From: Ophelia neglecta
Lineage: Eukaryota
Direction of reading: 5' to 3'
Length of the DNA: 64,000 bases
Assembly: GCA_965285935.1 (NCBI GenBank)
Contig: OZ260662.1
Coordinates: 52,514,001 to 52,578,000, forward strand
Each line of letters starts with the position of its first letter. Position 1 is the first letter of the stretch. The position numbers and the translations under genes are program-made. The notes below the pieces were generated by a model that was not told where the DNA came from, made no database searches, and saw only the letters and a program-made list of their open reading frames with translations. Of this stretch, positions 27,147-42,168 are shown in pieces.

Positions 27147-29311
27147 GAGCTGGTTCACAAGCTCTGATAAATTGGAAGTCAAAGTCTCAAAGACTAATGT
27201 AATTGCCTTTCCTTAACGTTAATCACGCGGCTGAACAAAGCTTAGCCAAATTCATCCAGGAACAGCCCTGTTTACAAACGGTTCTTGGTAGAAGGTGATG
27301 GTCTATGCACAAAGGTAATATCAAACTACTTAATTTAATAATGCGGCATTTCCTTGGAACCGTAGTTTAAGGGACTCATAACAATGAGTTTTAGCAGAAA
27401 CTGCAGTAGCCCAATTCTACGAAGGTCATCTTCAAATTCATGACTCGCTTGACAAATAACTTAAATCGCCAAGAAAATCGATTTATAACAGTCGATCATG
27501 AGCCCTCTCGATTTTACCAATTTCCCCTGAGTAATCATCTTCATTCAAACCTACACCATTAGATGGAGAGAAATGTTTAATAAGGAGTTAAGATTGAAAA
27601 CAGCATGAAAACTAAGAAGAAGAAACTACGTATAACTACGTAAAAACTTTCCTATGATGGATATTGATTAATCACGGAAGTGTGGTGCTACGCGCAGGCG
27701 GAGGTCATGACACTTTATAAGTGGAATGTGTACTATATTGCGCCGAAACACCATGCATCATCTCGTTTAACGCCCATCCGAAACACCAGCTCTCGAGCAA
27801 ATACAGAAGGACAGATGGAGGTAATATTTACAGTTATAACATCGATTCTTTGTCCGAATGTCTGAGGTCAAACTAAAGCTACGTCAAGTGAACTAAAACT
27901 AAGAGCAGTGCCTTTTAGTAAACCATTTACTGGTGTCATTGCATTGTAAAGTCACTAGTATGTTTCTAAACTATTAAGAATTGACTGATATTATGTTAGC
28001 TGCAGGACATATACCCACTAGGTAACGGTGAGGCAGGGTTAACAATTTGATGTCTGGGCGATTAATTTTGTGACTGTCTGTGATACCCTCATTTCTGACC
28101 CTGATGTCAATCACTGCAATACGTCGGAACGACAGATCAAGCTGGGATCAAATTTATCTTGTCTATCAGTGTTAGCGGTTGGATTGGTTAGACTTAAAGC
28201 ATTTCGCCTGTCAATGGTTATCGCAATGTAGGAGAAGCGTTCTGTTACATTATTATCTTAATATCCTCAATCCTTACTCTGAGTTATACGTTAGAACAAT
28301 TTGCATAAATATGTTGCCCTAAACGCAATTAGTGTAGTATGAGACTGGCACAGTGCCATCGAGGTCTCTTCGGGAATGATTAAAAAATCACGCACTTAGC
28401 CGGAATACCCGAGGTAACCTATCAAATTGAAAAGTCGTGGTTAAAAGCGTGGACTATCCAAAATTGAACATTTGAACGTTAATATGCTGCTTGATCTCTA
28501 GTAAGCATAAATGTTTGTTTTTCAATGTAGAAAACATACAGCCGGCGATCATGTTCAGCACATGAGAAGCTGCGGGTCTAACGCGTTGTTCATTTCTCGG
28601 CAGCTGTTTTTCTCCTTCCTTATTTCCGTGGATCTCGTGGCCGACGTCCAAAAGGGCGAGCAAAAGGGGAGGTTATGTAAGAGAAAGCATCATGGCCTAT
28701 TTGCAACGCTAAAGGCGAAGACGAACTTACGACGTCCTATCTTGTCAGTTATCTCTGATTGGCCAATAAGTTATGCTCTCGGGAAATGACGAATTTCCGT
28801 CTAATTTTCCACATTTAAGAAATCAAAAAACATTTGCACAGTAGGACGAACTACATACCATCGCAGGATATACTTTGCCCTCAGTACAGACAACATGATA
28901 CAACATAATTGTACTCATTCTCCAACACATTACATGCTAAACCCTTTCTGTCATTAAGCTAACTGGTGGTTTTCTCTAGCTTCCAGATGCAACAGGGTGA
29001 TTATCATTGTGGGTCCTTATCTACTTAATGCTAATATGTTCCTTTATGGCACTTTTGACCTATAAAATGGTAAAAAAGAAGCCCACATATTTCTGTCTAC
29101 ATGGAACATTTTGTGTACCCTTCAGAACCAGACGACCAGTTCTGTCTATAGGAGTCTAAACAACTCTATAACAACTAACAAGTGGTTTAAAAGCACTACA
29201 ATTTATTTACGTCTCCCACCCCCTTGCTTACCCAAAAAAACACGAGTAAATAGCAAGTGATTCAACACTTTTGTGCTATTTCAAGCTCATATTTATTAGT
29301 CGATAATTTGT

Positions 29312-29567
29312 GAATATTTCCACTGACAAGTGGTAAACAAAATTTCATGATTACACAATATCATATACTATAAACAATGAGTATTGACCCTGTTCGCAAT
29401 GAACAAATTCATTTGTAGTTTGAACATAAAATAATCTGTTTACAGAACCCAAGGTAGTTTATGAATATTTCCATTGGCAAGTGGTAAACAAAATTTCATG
29501 ATCACACAATATCTTATATTTTTTTTTGGAACAATGAGTATTGACCCAGTCCGCAATGTACAAATTT
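29312..29567 (+). repeat. Direct duplication of about 100 bp, 150 bp apart
   Basis: tgaatatttcca..caagtggtaaacaaaatttcatgat..aacaatgagtattgaccc begins at 29312 and again at 29462. Confidence 0.85.
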
Positions 29568-32405
29568 CGCACGTTAAGTTTGTCTGATTTGCAACATTGC
29601 ACTCACAAAAAATATTAAAAGCCTACCAGTTTACCTCGCACTTGCGTAGTCTTTGGAAGCAAACACGAGTGAATGTCATACACCCCCACCAAACCGAGTA
29701 CCCAACTCTCCATTCCACCCCTGCCGTCTGGAATTTAGACGTAACACAGCCAGTTGTTTTGAAGCGAACTTTTTCGATCAGTTTAGTTATATGAGCAGTA
29801 CCGTCAACGTTAATGGTTACACCCATACTATTATAAAAATGCAGCACCAGTGTTAAACAGTGTTCTATATAGCCCTACTGTGCAAAAATGGTAAATGATG
29901 CCCATTCTGGTCTCCTCACTCAGGAAGAGGAAGAGAATTTGTTTTTAGCGGTAGCGCCCGGAAATGGGATACCAGTAAAGACAACCAGGGACATTAGTTC
30001 CAAAGAAATAACACAGACTGATGGCACATCACTTACAATGTAATTCAAACTACAGCTGGCTAATATTATACCTGTGATGAGGAGGTAGAGCATGTCCCCA
30101 GAGTCTTCAATTGTCAAGACAGCTCGCATTCGAGTAGCCTGAGAACGGAGATATCGAGGACAAAGGGGGAAACAGTCACACATCATTCACACCAACGGTT
30201 TTGGGCTTAACACTGCATTAAACGCAATAGATGATTTCATAGATACGTTTTTGGAGTGGATATATGATTCATTTCCATTTTAAACACTATCTAAGAATCC
30301 AGTCAACCGGAACACATCATTCAATAAACAGTTGAATGAGAAGTTGACACTAACTGCAAAGAAACTAAACTTAGAATAAATAGAGTATACTACTAAATAA
30401 ATCAAACACTGGTGAACTGAATTACCAAGTCAGCGATCATGCGAATCAAAGCTCAATTTTATCATACGCCTGAAGCTGGACGCTGAGAGTAATGGAATAA
30501 AGGAGGCAAATGCCATTGAAGCATTCCTGTCATTGTATGAATCTCTAATGTTACAACACTTCCGATGAAGAATTATTCACACCTATATTTCCACTCATTC
30601 CCTTTGGGCACGAGTTAGCTGTAGAGCTATATCTTAATGATTTATATCAGATCAATAGAGTAGGCTTATCCATAATCAGGTAAGGAATCGTGTATCACAG
30701 TCCAGAAACATGCAACAGGCAAAACACGCCACATAGATTTAGACTTTAAATAATTTTGTATTTGATAAACTTGAAGATGAGATACGTTGTATTTTGAGAA
30801 TACAATTCGTTCGGACTTCGTACGTATACATTAACATACATAGGGCTCGTTTTCCCGTCTTGAAAATGATGGTATTCTTTCTCTGCTCTCCGTAAGTTGC
30901 CACCATCAAGCGGTTGGCAATGTATTTAAGAACCGCTAAATTAAATAGAGGGACGAGGAAAAGTTTTGAGCAGGTGATTGACGCAGCTCTTTGATGCCGT
31001 TGTAGGCGGACTCTCTGTCGATATAGACGCGGGATCACTGTGGGGTTGTATTATATCTGATTAAGGGTTAATATCAATGCTTTATTCATTAATTGAAACT
31101 TTTCCATTTGCAATAATTCACTGTTTTTTTTTAAATTCTATGTGATAAAAAACGGTGGTGATAACTCAATGTGACGCATTTCCTGTTATCATGTGATCTG
31201 ACTAAAGTGTGCCTGCTTTCTGCCCTCGAAAACGATTTGTTTAGTTTAAAATTTAGTTTTTTGTGCCGGCGGGACGTTGGGGAAATACTTATGGATGCAG
31301 ATGAACATTGCGGTTGGAATAAAGAAAATAATTCTTCTCAATCGATCAAGTTTGATTCATCGAAATTAATCCTATATCACGTTACAAATGATGTATCTTC
31401 TATTACTATGTTTAAGTAGATCAAGAAGATTTATACTCAGGCACGATGAACATACTTATCTCTCCACCCTTAATATTTGTTAAGGGATAGTGAACTATTT
31501 GAGAGCAATTTCTTTATGTGAACCAACCATGCGTTTCATTCTCCAATAAGAGAGAAGAAGATGATAATGATACTGTGTAATGGGATAAAAGGAAAGCGGC
31601 GAGGCTTACTTTATTGGGGGAAATACATTTTCGCAATAAGCCTCTTGATAAATTAATTTAAATTTACACTATGGACTGTGCATGACATTAACAATTTGCA
31701 CATTTGTAGACGCCATACTCGCAAATAACAAAATTTCTTTGCTATGTCTGCGGTATATCTAGGACTATTGACTGTGTACTATATTAATATCATTAGTAAA
31801 CTATTTAAAGAGCAGAAAATGCCTACATTAAACTTATCTAGGTTGTTAGTTACAATTATATTGCGTAAAAAAGCTTAACAAGCTCTTAACAAGCAAGTCA
31901 ATAAAACACTTATCAGTTATATTGTATTTCAGGTATGCTGTGAACTTATTACTATAAGAGGATTTTCTTCATATCTGCCCCTTCTTGGCACACCCATATC
32001 AATTTTTGTCCCATTCCGTGATGCTATTGAGTGTATCTATGCCATCATTTGTGTGTTAGGAGAGTCCGGTTAAAGTGGCCAAGTTATTGGAAAATCCTTC
32101 GAGAACATAGAAAAACAGCAGAGAGAAGTTATAAATTGAAGGTGTTAATAACTTAAAGGTGGGAAGTGGCACATAGATAGTCCTTTTCTTCGGCATTCCC
32201 GCGAGTCATAAAAAAAGGAGTAGTTTCTGACAATTCTGTAAGCGTCATTTATCCGCAACTGTAATATCTATGAAATACCCCTGACAGCTTAAATGGCTGT
32301 TCGTATTGGGTGATATGATTCTTTATAAATTGAATTAGCGTTTATGTCCATCCCTTTCCTACTAAAGAGATTATTTCGTTTTCCAAATGCAAACTTCTAA
32401 ATCCG

Positions 32406-32453
32406 TTGTAGCAATATTCCGATTTCACCTTGTAGCAATATTCCGATTTCACC
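32406..32453 (+). repeat. Perfect 24-bp tandem duplication
   Basis: ttgtagcaatattccgatttcacc, two copies. Confidence 0.95.
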
Positions 32454-34789
32454 AGCATACGTCCTGGCCTTTTGAGGATCACGTGCATTCAGGTCTAATA
32501 AACGCTGGTTTAAGCTTAAACGACCCCAGGAACTGTTGACGAATTTACTGAATTATGACATATTCAGATTAAAATCTCGTTTTCAAAATTCCCAAATTTA
32601 TATTCCTCCAATTCCTCTAAATATAACAAACTCCTAGTGGAAATATAATATTAGCTACTTTACACTGTCAACACTACAGAAGACAGATACCACGTAAGTT
32701 ACAGATATTCAGAGTTAAAAGTGTGAAGAAGAGACAATATGCAATAGATAACCCTGTGTTAGACTGCCCCTCTGAAGGGGTTAGCTGCCTTTGTTTAAAC
32801 CATAGGCGGTAAGCGAGAGCGCTCGGGCTTGCTCGATCAGCTTTCTAAAATTCTGGTCGCCGATTGGAGATGGGTTTGAAAAGAGTATCAAAATACAAAC
32901 CCCAACGGAGAGGATGCCGTGTAGAAATAGCCTTCGTTGAGGTGATACACCCTGACGATATGAGGCTCAGAATGGTATACTGCTCTAGAACAAGATAGTT
33001 GAACATAGTTGAACAGGGTTAAACATGTACGTACTGATTAGAAGGATACTTCTGAAGATCAGACTATACTGATACGAATTACTAGGCATGACGTCATCCA
33101 GGGCCTTGATTTGTTTTGTTACCATCAAGTTTTGGGGAAAGAGAGGAATTAAAATATGTACAAAGGGGTGATGTATATAAAAAGCTTGGAAATTAAACAA
33201 AGTTATCACAGCCGTCCATGCCCAACGGTTGTTTTACGCCCATTTTAGAAAAGACCAATCAAGATACATCAGCAGGAAACAATGCACCGTTTTAAGGAAA
33301 TGGTTCCAACTAAATTTATGTATCTATAGTTTGATGTGTATTGAAGAAGTGTGAAAGGAAACTTAATTAAATGATGTAAGAAATGCATACTTTGGAAGAG
33401 ATTTGACAACGCATTCTACTCTAGAGGCCAGACAATTGGTATCAGGTTTTTGAATTTTCCCATTAGAACAATAGGGCAGGAGAATCCACGCTCAATTGTT
33501 TTGTAAAGGCCAACCGAATTACTAAAAAAATAATCAGTTTGAGCACTTGCAAATTTTCATTTGATACATTATGGTGTCACACCCAGAAACGGATCACAAT
33601 ATAGCTCCATCATTTGTCAATCTATATGCATCAATCACATATGAGAAAACTGATACAAATACATTAGGCGAATGACATTTTTATTATAGTGCAAAGCAGG
33701 ACAACACATGGAATGCATTTGGTTGTAAACTGCATATGATATGGCCTATCATCTCAGGTTGATAGTGTTTATTGCTCATTGTGCAAAATTCGGCATTATC
33801 TCGCACTTATTGATTTCTAACGGATCAAAGTATCATTAATATATATGAAAAATAAACAGGCAATGAGAAACATCGCAATGAGTCTTGTTAATTTCCTGTC
33901 CATTCACACATATCAGACTCTATTCCTTGAGATTATTACTTCGGTGTGATAAATAGAAGACAATTCGGTAAAAATAAACGCTGCAGATATGCTCATAAGA
34001 GATTAGCAGGAAATTCCGAGGGCGAAGCGACTCTAGAAAAGCATATGATCCATACATATGAATAGTAATCAAGTCATCTTTTCATTGCACTCTCACCTTC
34101 CCACTTATTTTATTCTGTTCAGTGTTAAATTAAAATCCATGAACATAGCTGACCAACAACGCATCAATATAAAGATTGTGGCTCAAGAGGGAGTCCACAC
34201 TTCATGGTTATTTTCGAAATAATACGTGTATGTCTGGCAAATCCATATAGAATCCTAGCATGTACCTCGCACTATGAAACGCAAGAATGCTACCATAGTG
34301 TATAAATGAATATATGTTATAATGATAACTAATATGGTCAATTGCATTTTAAAATGAGCACACACTAGCTGTTGGGAGTGGGTTTTTTTTAAATTGAAAG
34401 TTAACATACGGGAACTGGTTAACTCAAATTTAAAATTAATATGAACACGAACTTAATTATTCTCATTACACTCTTAAAATATAATAATGTTAGAAGAGAC
34501 TCAACCTATAATGTTTGAAGACAGGGTTTAAAAGTATTGTCGGTGTGAATGCAAGGGGTCAAGTTAAATCTACACCCCAAAACCAACAACCCCACCATTT
34601 TATTACGAAGTCACACAGATTTGTCTCCTAATGACCCCATTGTCAATTTATAATTATTCCACGTTGAGTTTCAATTAAAATTTGGATTCATCTTGTCTGA
34701 ATGTGGTCAATTGCTCGGGAAATGCACTGATTAACAGTGGCCTATTTATCTATTTTTTTTTTATCTAATTACTTATTGTAAAGAGTCTG

Positions 34790-35470
34790 TCGTAGTTTTG
34801 ATGTTATCGACAGTATCTCCATGTGTTTCTACTAAGTGGTTCCCCGGTCCATCTTGGCACTGCATTGTGGGCCCTGGACCGCGGATGCGCGGGGCGCCTG
34901 TCCGCTGCTGCCTGTGTATAACTAGTTATGCATGGGTGGCGGCGGTTGGGCGTCTCGCGTGTCTGTGTGGTTGACAAATAAGGAACACCCTATTCTAGTG
35001 CTTCATGCTTACCTGGTTCAGGTGCTTTGTTCTACCATCATCATATTTCTTGCAATATTATCTAATGTATTTGTGTTATTATCGGTTGTGCATCATTTTT
35101 TATAAACCAGTGACTATTGTTATATTTTGTTGTAAATAGTAGGCTATTTCACAAATATTTTGTTTCAATATGTCTTTAATTTTCTTTAATAACCCGTTTC
35201 TGGACTACTATATTGATTATACTTATTCATGTCCCATCATATCGCTCCCTGCCTATTTGCCAGTTTCTTGGTGTTTCGGACTTAGCAGACAAATTGCACG
35301 TAATGTCAATTGATTATATGTCTAGTAACTCCCTCATCTCATTTCATCATCTCATTTTTTATCTCACGCATATTTGTAAATATTGTCTCGATGATTTATT
35401 TGGAAATTACCTTTGTTAAGCCCTTGGCTTTTGCGAAATCCATATTATGTAAATAAATATGTTTAACCAA
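34790..35470 (+). mobile_element. Probable 3' UTR fragment of a CR1/L2-type LINE
   Basis: A GC-rich patch, then a T-rich stretch, a terminal stem-loop aagccc-ttggctt (about 35419-35431) and aaataaa. This is the same tail layout as the LINE at 11930. No RT sequence remains. Confidence 0.45.
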
Positions 35471-38400
35471 TCCCACCTTCCACCCCCAACCCCATTCGAT
35501 AACTACTTTGACTCACTTCAAGCAAGTTAGTCCTATGAACAACACTATAATTTCGCTGTTCATATAACTCATATAGGTCTTCACGGAATTATGGCATCTT
35601 GTATTGTATAGTTGATTTTTTAGATTAAGTAACAGGCATTGATGGGATCGAGCTTTCGTTTAGCATTCACATCCATCTACCTGCGATCTTACCTACACTA
35701 GCACACAACATATGCTTATCAAAATGACACCGTAATAAACCAACTCACATGTCATTATACCTTTTAGTGGGTGTGCTATAGGAACTAGTGGGCAACGGAT
35801 ACCATGCTGCTGGAAGAGCTTGGTAGCGAAGATTTTATTTCAAGCAGATAATCCTACTATAAACACGCGTTTGCGAGACAATAACATATAAAATCCAACA
35901 ATGGTCAAACTCAGAACAAGTTTATCTCTAAAGGTGAACTTTTGAAGGGCATGTTCCAAAATCTATATCAGACTCACCCCTAAAAACATTTCCCTTTTTA
36001 AAGAACTACGTGTATGTGTACTAATTTATTTTGACAAGCGTTTACCAGGCTTGGCAAGCGTCATATTACAATAGCTGTCAAATTTTGTACACTGCTGACT
36101 ATTGAGGTTCAAAATAGCTATTAATCAATGTGTCTAATTATAAGATATCAACTGATTTGTAAATATAAAACAAATTAAACAACAAATACTACCACTCTGC
36201 GATAAAACCGTCAACAGGTCAAGGTCAAGGAATGTACGACCACACACATTATGTTAACACGTGTAGTTATATGTCATTGAGTAAGCTGCCGATGAATTTA
36301 TTTGATTTAGCTCTTCAAGCTAAACTGAAGGAGCATTCAACAAACAGTGTGTTCTCTTTCGTTTAAGTGACCAACTAAAGAATTAATATTCCTGAAAATG
36401 GAATGCACGTATTGAAAACAGTCTTGATCACTTTGGCTAACATTTCAAGATGATGACAATATTTTCCTTTGCATTACTGTACAGAACAGGTGGCTATATG
36501 AAGTAATATGGTGGCAATAAAATCTGTCTAAAATTGTTTTGTTATATCATATTTTTTTCCTGGGACGGCGGGAGATTCCAATCCCCATTGACTGGGGAGC
36601 ACTAGTTCTTCCAAAGCTGTGGTCGCAGACGTGTTTAGGTCATGTGTCCACATGTGCTTCCATATAAACTGTTCTGCCGTTGGTGTGATCTGCAGACGGA
36701 CGAGTTTCATGAACAATGACACCTTAAGTGCTGGCATTGTATACATCAAGCATGCAGACAGAATAGGATTTGGTTAGAGGAGAGGTGACAACCCTGAAGC
36801 ATCGAACAAAGAAAATTGCCCTGGAGGAATGCGGTCTGTTTCCTGGCTGAACATGCCATATAGTAAGCTATTATTATATAAGCAAGAAATGCGTGGTTTA
36901 GCAGATAAGGGAAGGATGGCCAAAGTTAAACATATATTCGCACCACATTTAAGTGGTGCAAACATATTAAGGTTGCAATAATACCGAGCCCCCCCCCCCC
37001 CCGCCACCCTCCCCTACCCCTCGTCCTTTTTTCATTTGTTTTGGATTCTGGTAATGTTGCAGGCTGCGGTCATATGAAGAAGCATAAGCATTGATATATA
37101 CATGAACATGGATGCCGGATATATTGCTTCAATCCTAAATTGGTTTGATTTGAATAAACATGTCATTGTGCTTCAGATTGTGTTCAATCACTTTCCATGC
37201 AGAACCCGTTTCAAAAAGGGATCTGAAATTCACATTTAAAGTGTATGCACCAGGGATGAATTGGTCAGAATTTATGTCATATTCACATTGCTGACAACTG
37301 TTTCAATATGTAACAAGTGAAGTCATTTTTATAAAACCTGTTTACGTAATCATTACTTCTAAAAATGTGTTTTCAGAAATAAAACACATTTTACTCAATG
37401 TAATTGAAGTAGGAAAAAATTCTCCATTATGTCAGAGCACAAAACTATCAAGTCAGTGGTGCACTCAGGGCAGAGCATAAATGTGCCCTTGGAGTGCCAA
37501 CGACGGATTTACTTCATTGTGAGACTAATTCATCTCGAAAAGCACACGAGAAGAGAAGGATACAAAAGGCCACTGCATACTAAAGAGGAAAAGTGTTTAA
37601 TTTTATCGGTTGTGCTATACAATGGTAACAGTTACCATGTAAATTGTACAAGTCATGTTTTTATTGTGATTGACACGAGCATCTGCAATATGTTGCGTCA
37701 GGATGAAGCAAATTTGTACGCTAATGGCCTCTGGCCCTAGCATGAGCGTAATAGATCTCTCAGTCACATCGCAGATGTTTGCTGTACATGCGTTTAAACA
37801 ATGGCAACTAGAACACCATTATCCAATAAAAACACCCTACATAATTACTAAAGCCTTTATAATCATGGCAAATAGGCCTTAACCATTAGGGTATAAAATA
37901 TAGTATTAGCCAAAGCTGTAAACACTTCATAAGGCTTTGTGTAATATGTTAAAGCTATAGTCATGCCGAAAGGGACAGTGGCAACATACCAACCACTCCT
38001 ATGAAAACAAATGTTAACCCTATACCTGAATCCGTTTACACCCTAAACACAATTGGCATGTATGGGTTTGGGTTGGGTTAATGGTGGTGTTTTGAAAAGG
38101 CTGATATTAATATATCATCACAAAAGTTGAAACCCCCTTCAGGTTGTCAGTGAAATTTGCTTTCGCCGATTTCACAAACCTGATGGTGTTGGTATTTTCT
38201 TATTTAAGCGTTGTCTATACATGCCATGAAAGCAGGGTTCTTTTTCAATATAGTCGATTGGTAGACTATGTATTAGATTGTACTAGCAGACAGGGAACTC
38301 ATATCAAGAAGGCATGATTAACATGTGCTCTGACCAATGCTAAATGTGAAGTTCTGTTATGACTTTGGCAATTTTATATAAGCAACAGATATATGCAATG

Positions 38401-38994
38401 TTGTCGCATTAATTGCTGCTAGCAAGTAAGACCTGCATCCGGTAATAATGGTCATCTGCTTGCTAAACGTATTGGAAAGCAGGTAACTATTGCGCCTCAT
38501 TGAACCCTAGCTTTTTCTTCTCCAGAGTTACCATCATCATTGTTTTAACTGGATCAATAATAGTTAACTGTGAACATTGCCGAATACCATTAATCTAATT
38601 TTAGATCTTTGGGCGCATCTGTCCTTACTTACATATTTTGACAAGACCCTGACAAAAATAACTGTCCCTCTTATCTGCATAAAAAAATCACTCTTTGATT
38701 ATGGTTACGTCAAGGTGCTTCCATTGCCTCATACAAAAGACATTTTAATTACATTGGCAACACCGAAGACAAATCTAGAATAACAATATATCCGTATATA
38801 AAAGATACGGCAGGTGCCTTATATGTAGTGTCGAATATGAGATACAATTATACGCCAAAGGAGAAGCATCGATAGACTAGGCGTACTAGCCATGTAAGAC
38901 TTCAGATGAATCTGTCTACCAGAGGCAGCGCCTAATGAATGGTAAAAACTATACTCTCAGGAAAAAAAAACCGGTTTAATCGGGTTTGAATCTA

Positions 38995-39256
38995 CTTTAC
39001 AGTGTACTACAATAACGTAACCGCCGTCAAGTGCAAGAACATTTCCGCTATTATTGTGACTGGGTACCTGCATCTGCAGCAGACAATGATCTATCAGTAC
39101 GAAGCAGATCCATAAGATAAGCGAAATAGAATTTTTGCAATCTGTCAGTTTTTTGGCTTCGAGTCGGAAGTCGGAACGAGAGTCGTAGATTGTACCCAAC
39201 TCTCCAAAGGTTATGTGCACCATCTGGCAATCAAGGGTAATACCTCCTTTGAGCAA
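38995..39256 (-). pseudogene. Possible decayed SRCR-domain exon
   Basis: LLKGGITLDCQMVHITFGELGTIYD matches the spacing of the SRCR consensus RLVGG.T...G.V.V...GEWGTVCD; W>L and C>Y are each single-base changes. A C.G.D.SL..C-like block can be recovered only by assuming two 1-nt indels. By-eye match only. Confidence 0.3.
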
Positions 39257-42168
39257 ACCTGTGATTACCCCTTCAAGCAGTTCAATACATCTCTACTGTG
39301 AAAAGTGAAATGTTTCATTGAGTAAATGTGTGTCCCAAGACGTAAAACACTCATCCATTTAGTTAGAGTGAGGCAGCCCGCTTTGGGAATGCTGCCGAAG
39401 CAAATAATATATATTCAGAGAATGGTTTTATGCGTGTTTATGTTATTAACAAGGAAACAGTCACGCCAAAATTTGTTATAATGAGAATTTCCACCATAAG
39501 GAGCATGCCTTTTTCGTGGTTCAATAAGTAAAATATTTTAGAATTGAAGTAAAAACTTATTTTTCTTGCAATTAGTTCACCCTTAATTGTTCATCCTTTT
39601 GTTATAATGTTAAGCTACTTATCGGTGTGCTTTCTACCAACTTCTAAGGGTTGGTTTACAGAGAATGTGACAGTGCACAATTATTGTAGCCAAGGCCTAA
39701 CCTAAGTTTCAGTTTCCCAACTTGCAAACAGAAAGAATAAATGAACATGCAGTTATATAGGCCTAATTAGTTTGAGGAATTTTTTTTTAGTAAACGTAAA
39801 TGGCGTCAATTGACAATGCATTCTGCCACGGTGATAAACAAGCACTATAAATCGCCCTGTGATTAGTGGAAATGTGAGAAAGATGATGTAATTACAACAC
39901 AAATGCCGAAGTAGGCTGTATATTAAACGCGAAGGTGCGGAGACTAGCTGCCAGAGGAGGATATCATGGGCATTTCAGGATAGCATTGTCTAATATCCGC
40001 AGTAAGGCTAAGATTAGTTTTCGATCAATTTCTGATTTTTAGAGAGAGAATTACGGCTATTCAAGTCCATCGTTGGGTCTTTATCTCACGTCTGTTCCAC
40101 CATTCTTCCTCTCCTCCGCTTTTAATTCATTAAGCTCACATATAACCAAAAAAAGGAGTGTTGGTATCACTCCTTAAATGTTTTGAATAGCAAAATATTA
40201 CCAATTACTAAATGAAAAATTCGATGAACATTGTATTCTTACTGTTAAGTCATAAATTATGCCAAGCAAACTGCTGAGTAATATGTATTTCTCAACTTTA
40301 CCTTCAATAGACATGTACAGGGAGAATATCAGTCTAAAAGGCTACATTAGTCAGACTCAATTCTTGTGGCGCTGGAAAGAAAATGCCTGGTTATGTATAA
40401 AAGTGTAAGTCACAGTCCAAAAAAGACGCACGACAAGTTAATTTATATCCTCGCATGACATCTAGTTACGAACATTTTGTTTTATCAAATGTTCTTATTT
40501 AGGACTAAAATTATGCCAGTAGTATAATAATTATCCCTTAAAAACCTATTTTATGCGTTATCTTTGCATCCTGCGATTTATTCTAGTGTCTTAATGGTTT
40601 TTTCTCTATTCGGATGGGAAAGAGTGGTTGCCTGTTATCTTCCCTTCAAACAAAAACCTTGGCTGCATGGTGTCCTTTTCTAAAAATGTAGCTTGATTTG
40701 ACATGGTACTATTTCTCTTTTCTTAGAGAAGGGAATGTTGCATTAAAACGTAAAATACTGATAGGGTCGGAATGAGACGGGAAAGCAAACAGATTTCCAC
40801 CGACAAAAAACTTTGTAACCGAGTCGACAACATGCGAAGAAATAGCGGATATTTTCTTATTCATTTCAGGTATTTATGAAATCATAAAAAAGTTTTATTG
40901 CACAGTCAACTTGTGCAGCCTTTTCCGCGAAGGGTCAGTCATTATTATTTCTTTTGCATCGATGCCATATTCCAAACCTCATGGCTATGTCAAAAAGCAC
41001 AATCTGTCTTCAGCTTTCATTGTAATCGCACATCATATAACTGAATCTTATTGAAAAGAAGCACTATACGTGTAAAAGTTTCAAAGGAAGAGGAACTATG
41101 AATCAAATATTCTATATGTACCCGAAAATCCATAGTTCATACGTTGTTCGGAAGGATGCGCCTCGTTGTGATTCGCGATATCTCGGAAGCACAGCACCTT
41201 TCATAGGACCTGGTGGCAACATAAGAATCTGTGCTCATATTTTTGATCTACCCTCATTGTAAATAAGCGTGTAATGTCACACGTAAGTAGTCAGTCGTAA
41301 AGGTTGGACAAAAACAAAATCATGCCGTAGTAGGAAAAAAACCAGAGTGAATGCCCATTAGACAAAAACAAAACCAGTCAACAGGTTCAGTCCATTGGAT
41401 CAATCCGAGGTCATCAGGAACTACCAGTTATCAATAACCAACTCCGATTAAGTAAATAAACTTTTAATGAAAATAGATATTTGCTTGTCACTTTAATTGG
41501 GAAATATTCACCAGATTTCCATGATGCAAGTCAAAGCACGAGAAGGGAGTCGGTGATAAACATAAACTCTATATATAGACATATTAGTGCACAGTGCCAA
41601 TAACGAAAACTTAGAGCAATAGCTTTAAAATGAGAAAGGCGATGGAAATCCGATAGACAAAATTGCAACTCAAGAATATAGCCATCCATTCGGTCAAATT
41701 GTTTTTTTTTCTTCATGGTATATATCATTTCATCGGAAAGGGACAGTATTAACACTGTTCAAAAGAATTTACCTCATACAACCAAAAGTCTGAGTTCAAT
41801 GCCGATTCTTCGGCGCTTCTTATATGTTTGAATATGAATATATACGTACAAAATAATGAGGATACACAATACTGTTTCATCAATGGATTTGCAATTCTAG
41901 AGGTAATATAACTTTTTGTTCGTAATATATATTACCGATATATTACACTGTAGCTCCCAAATCATATGGGTATCAATAGCATCGTTTGCAAATAGCAACA
42001 ATATACCTTTAAACGTCGACATTATTCTCTACCAGGTATCTAGCATGGGAGCTTCTATTACCAGAGAAGATATGGTCCTGTAAACAAGTCCAAGGGTTAC
42101 CTATTTTGCTGGCAAAAATTGGTCTTAAATCCGGCCTTCTTCAGTTGTGTACACGCAAGGCAGTGTCG

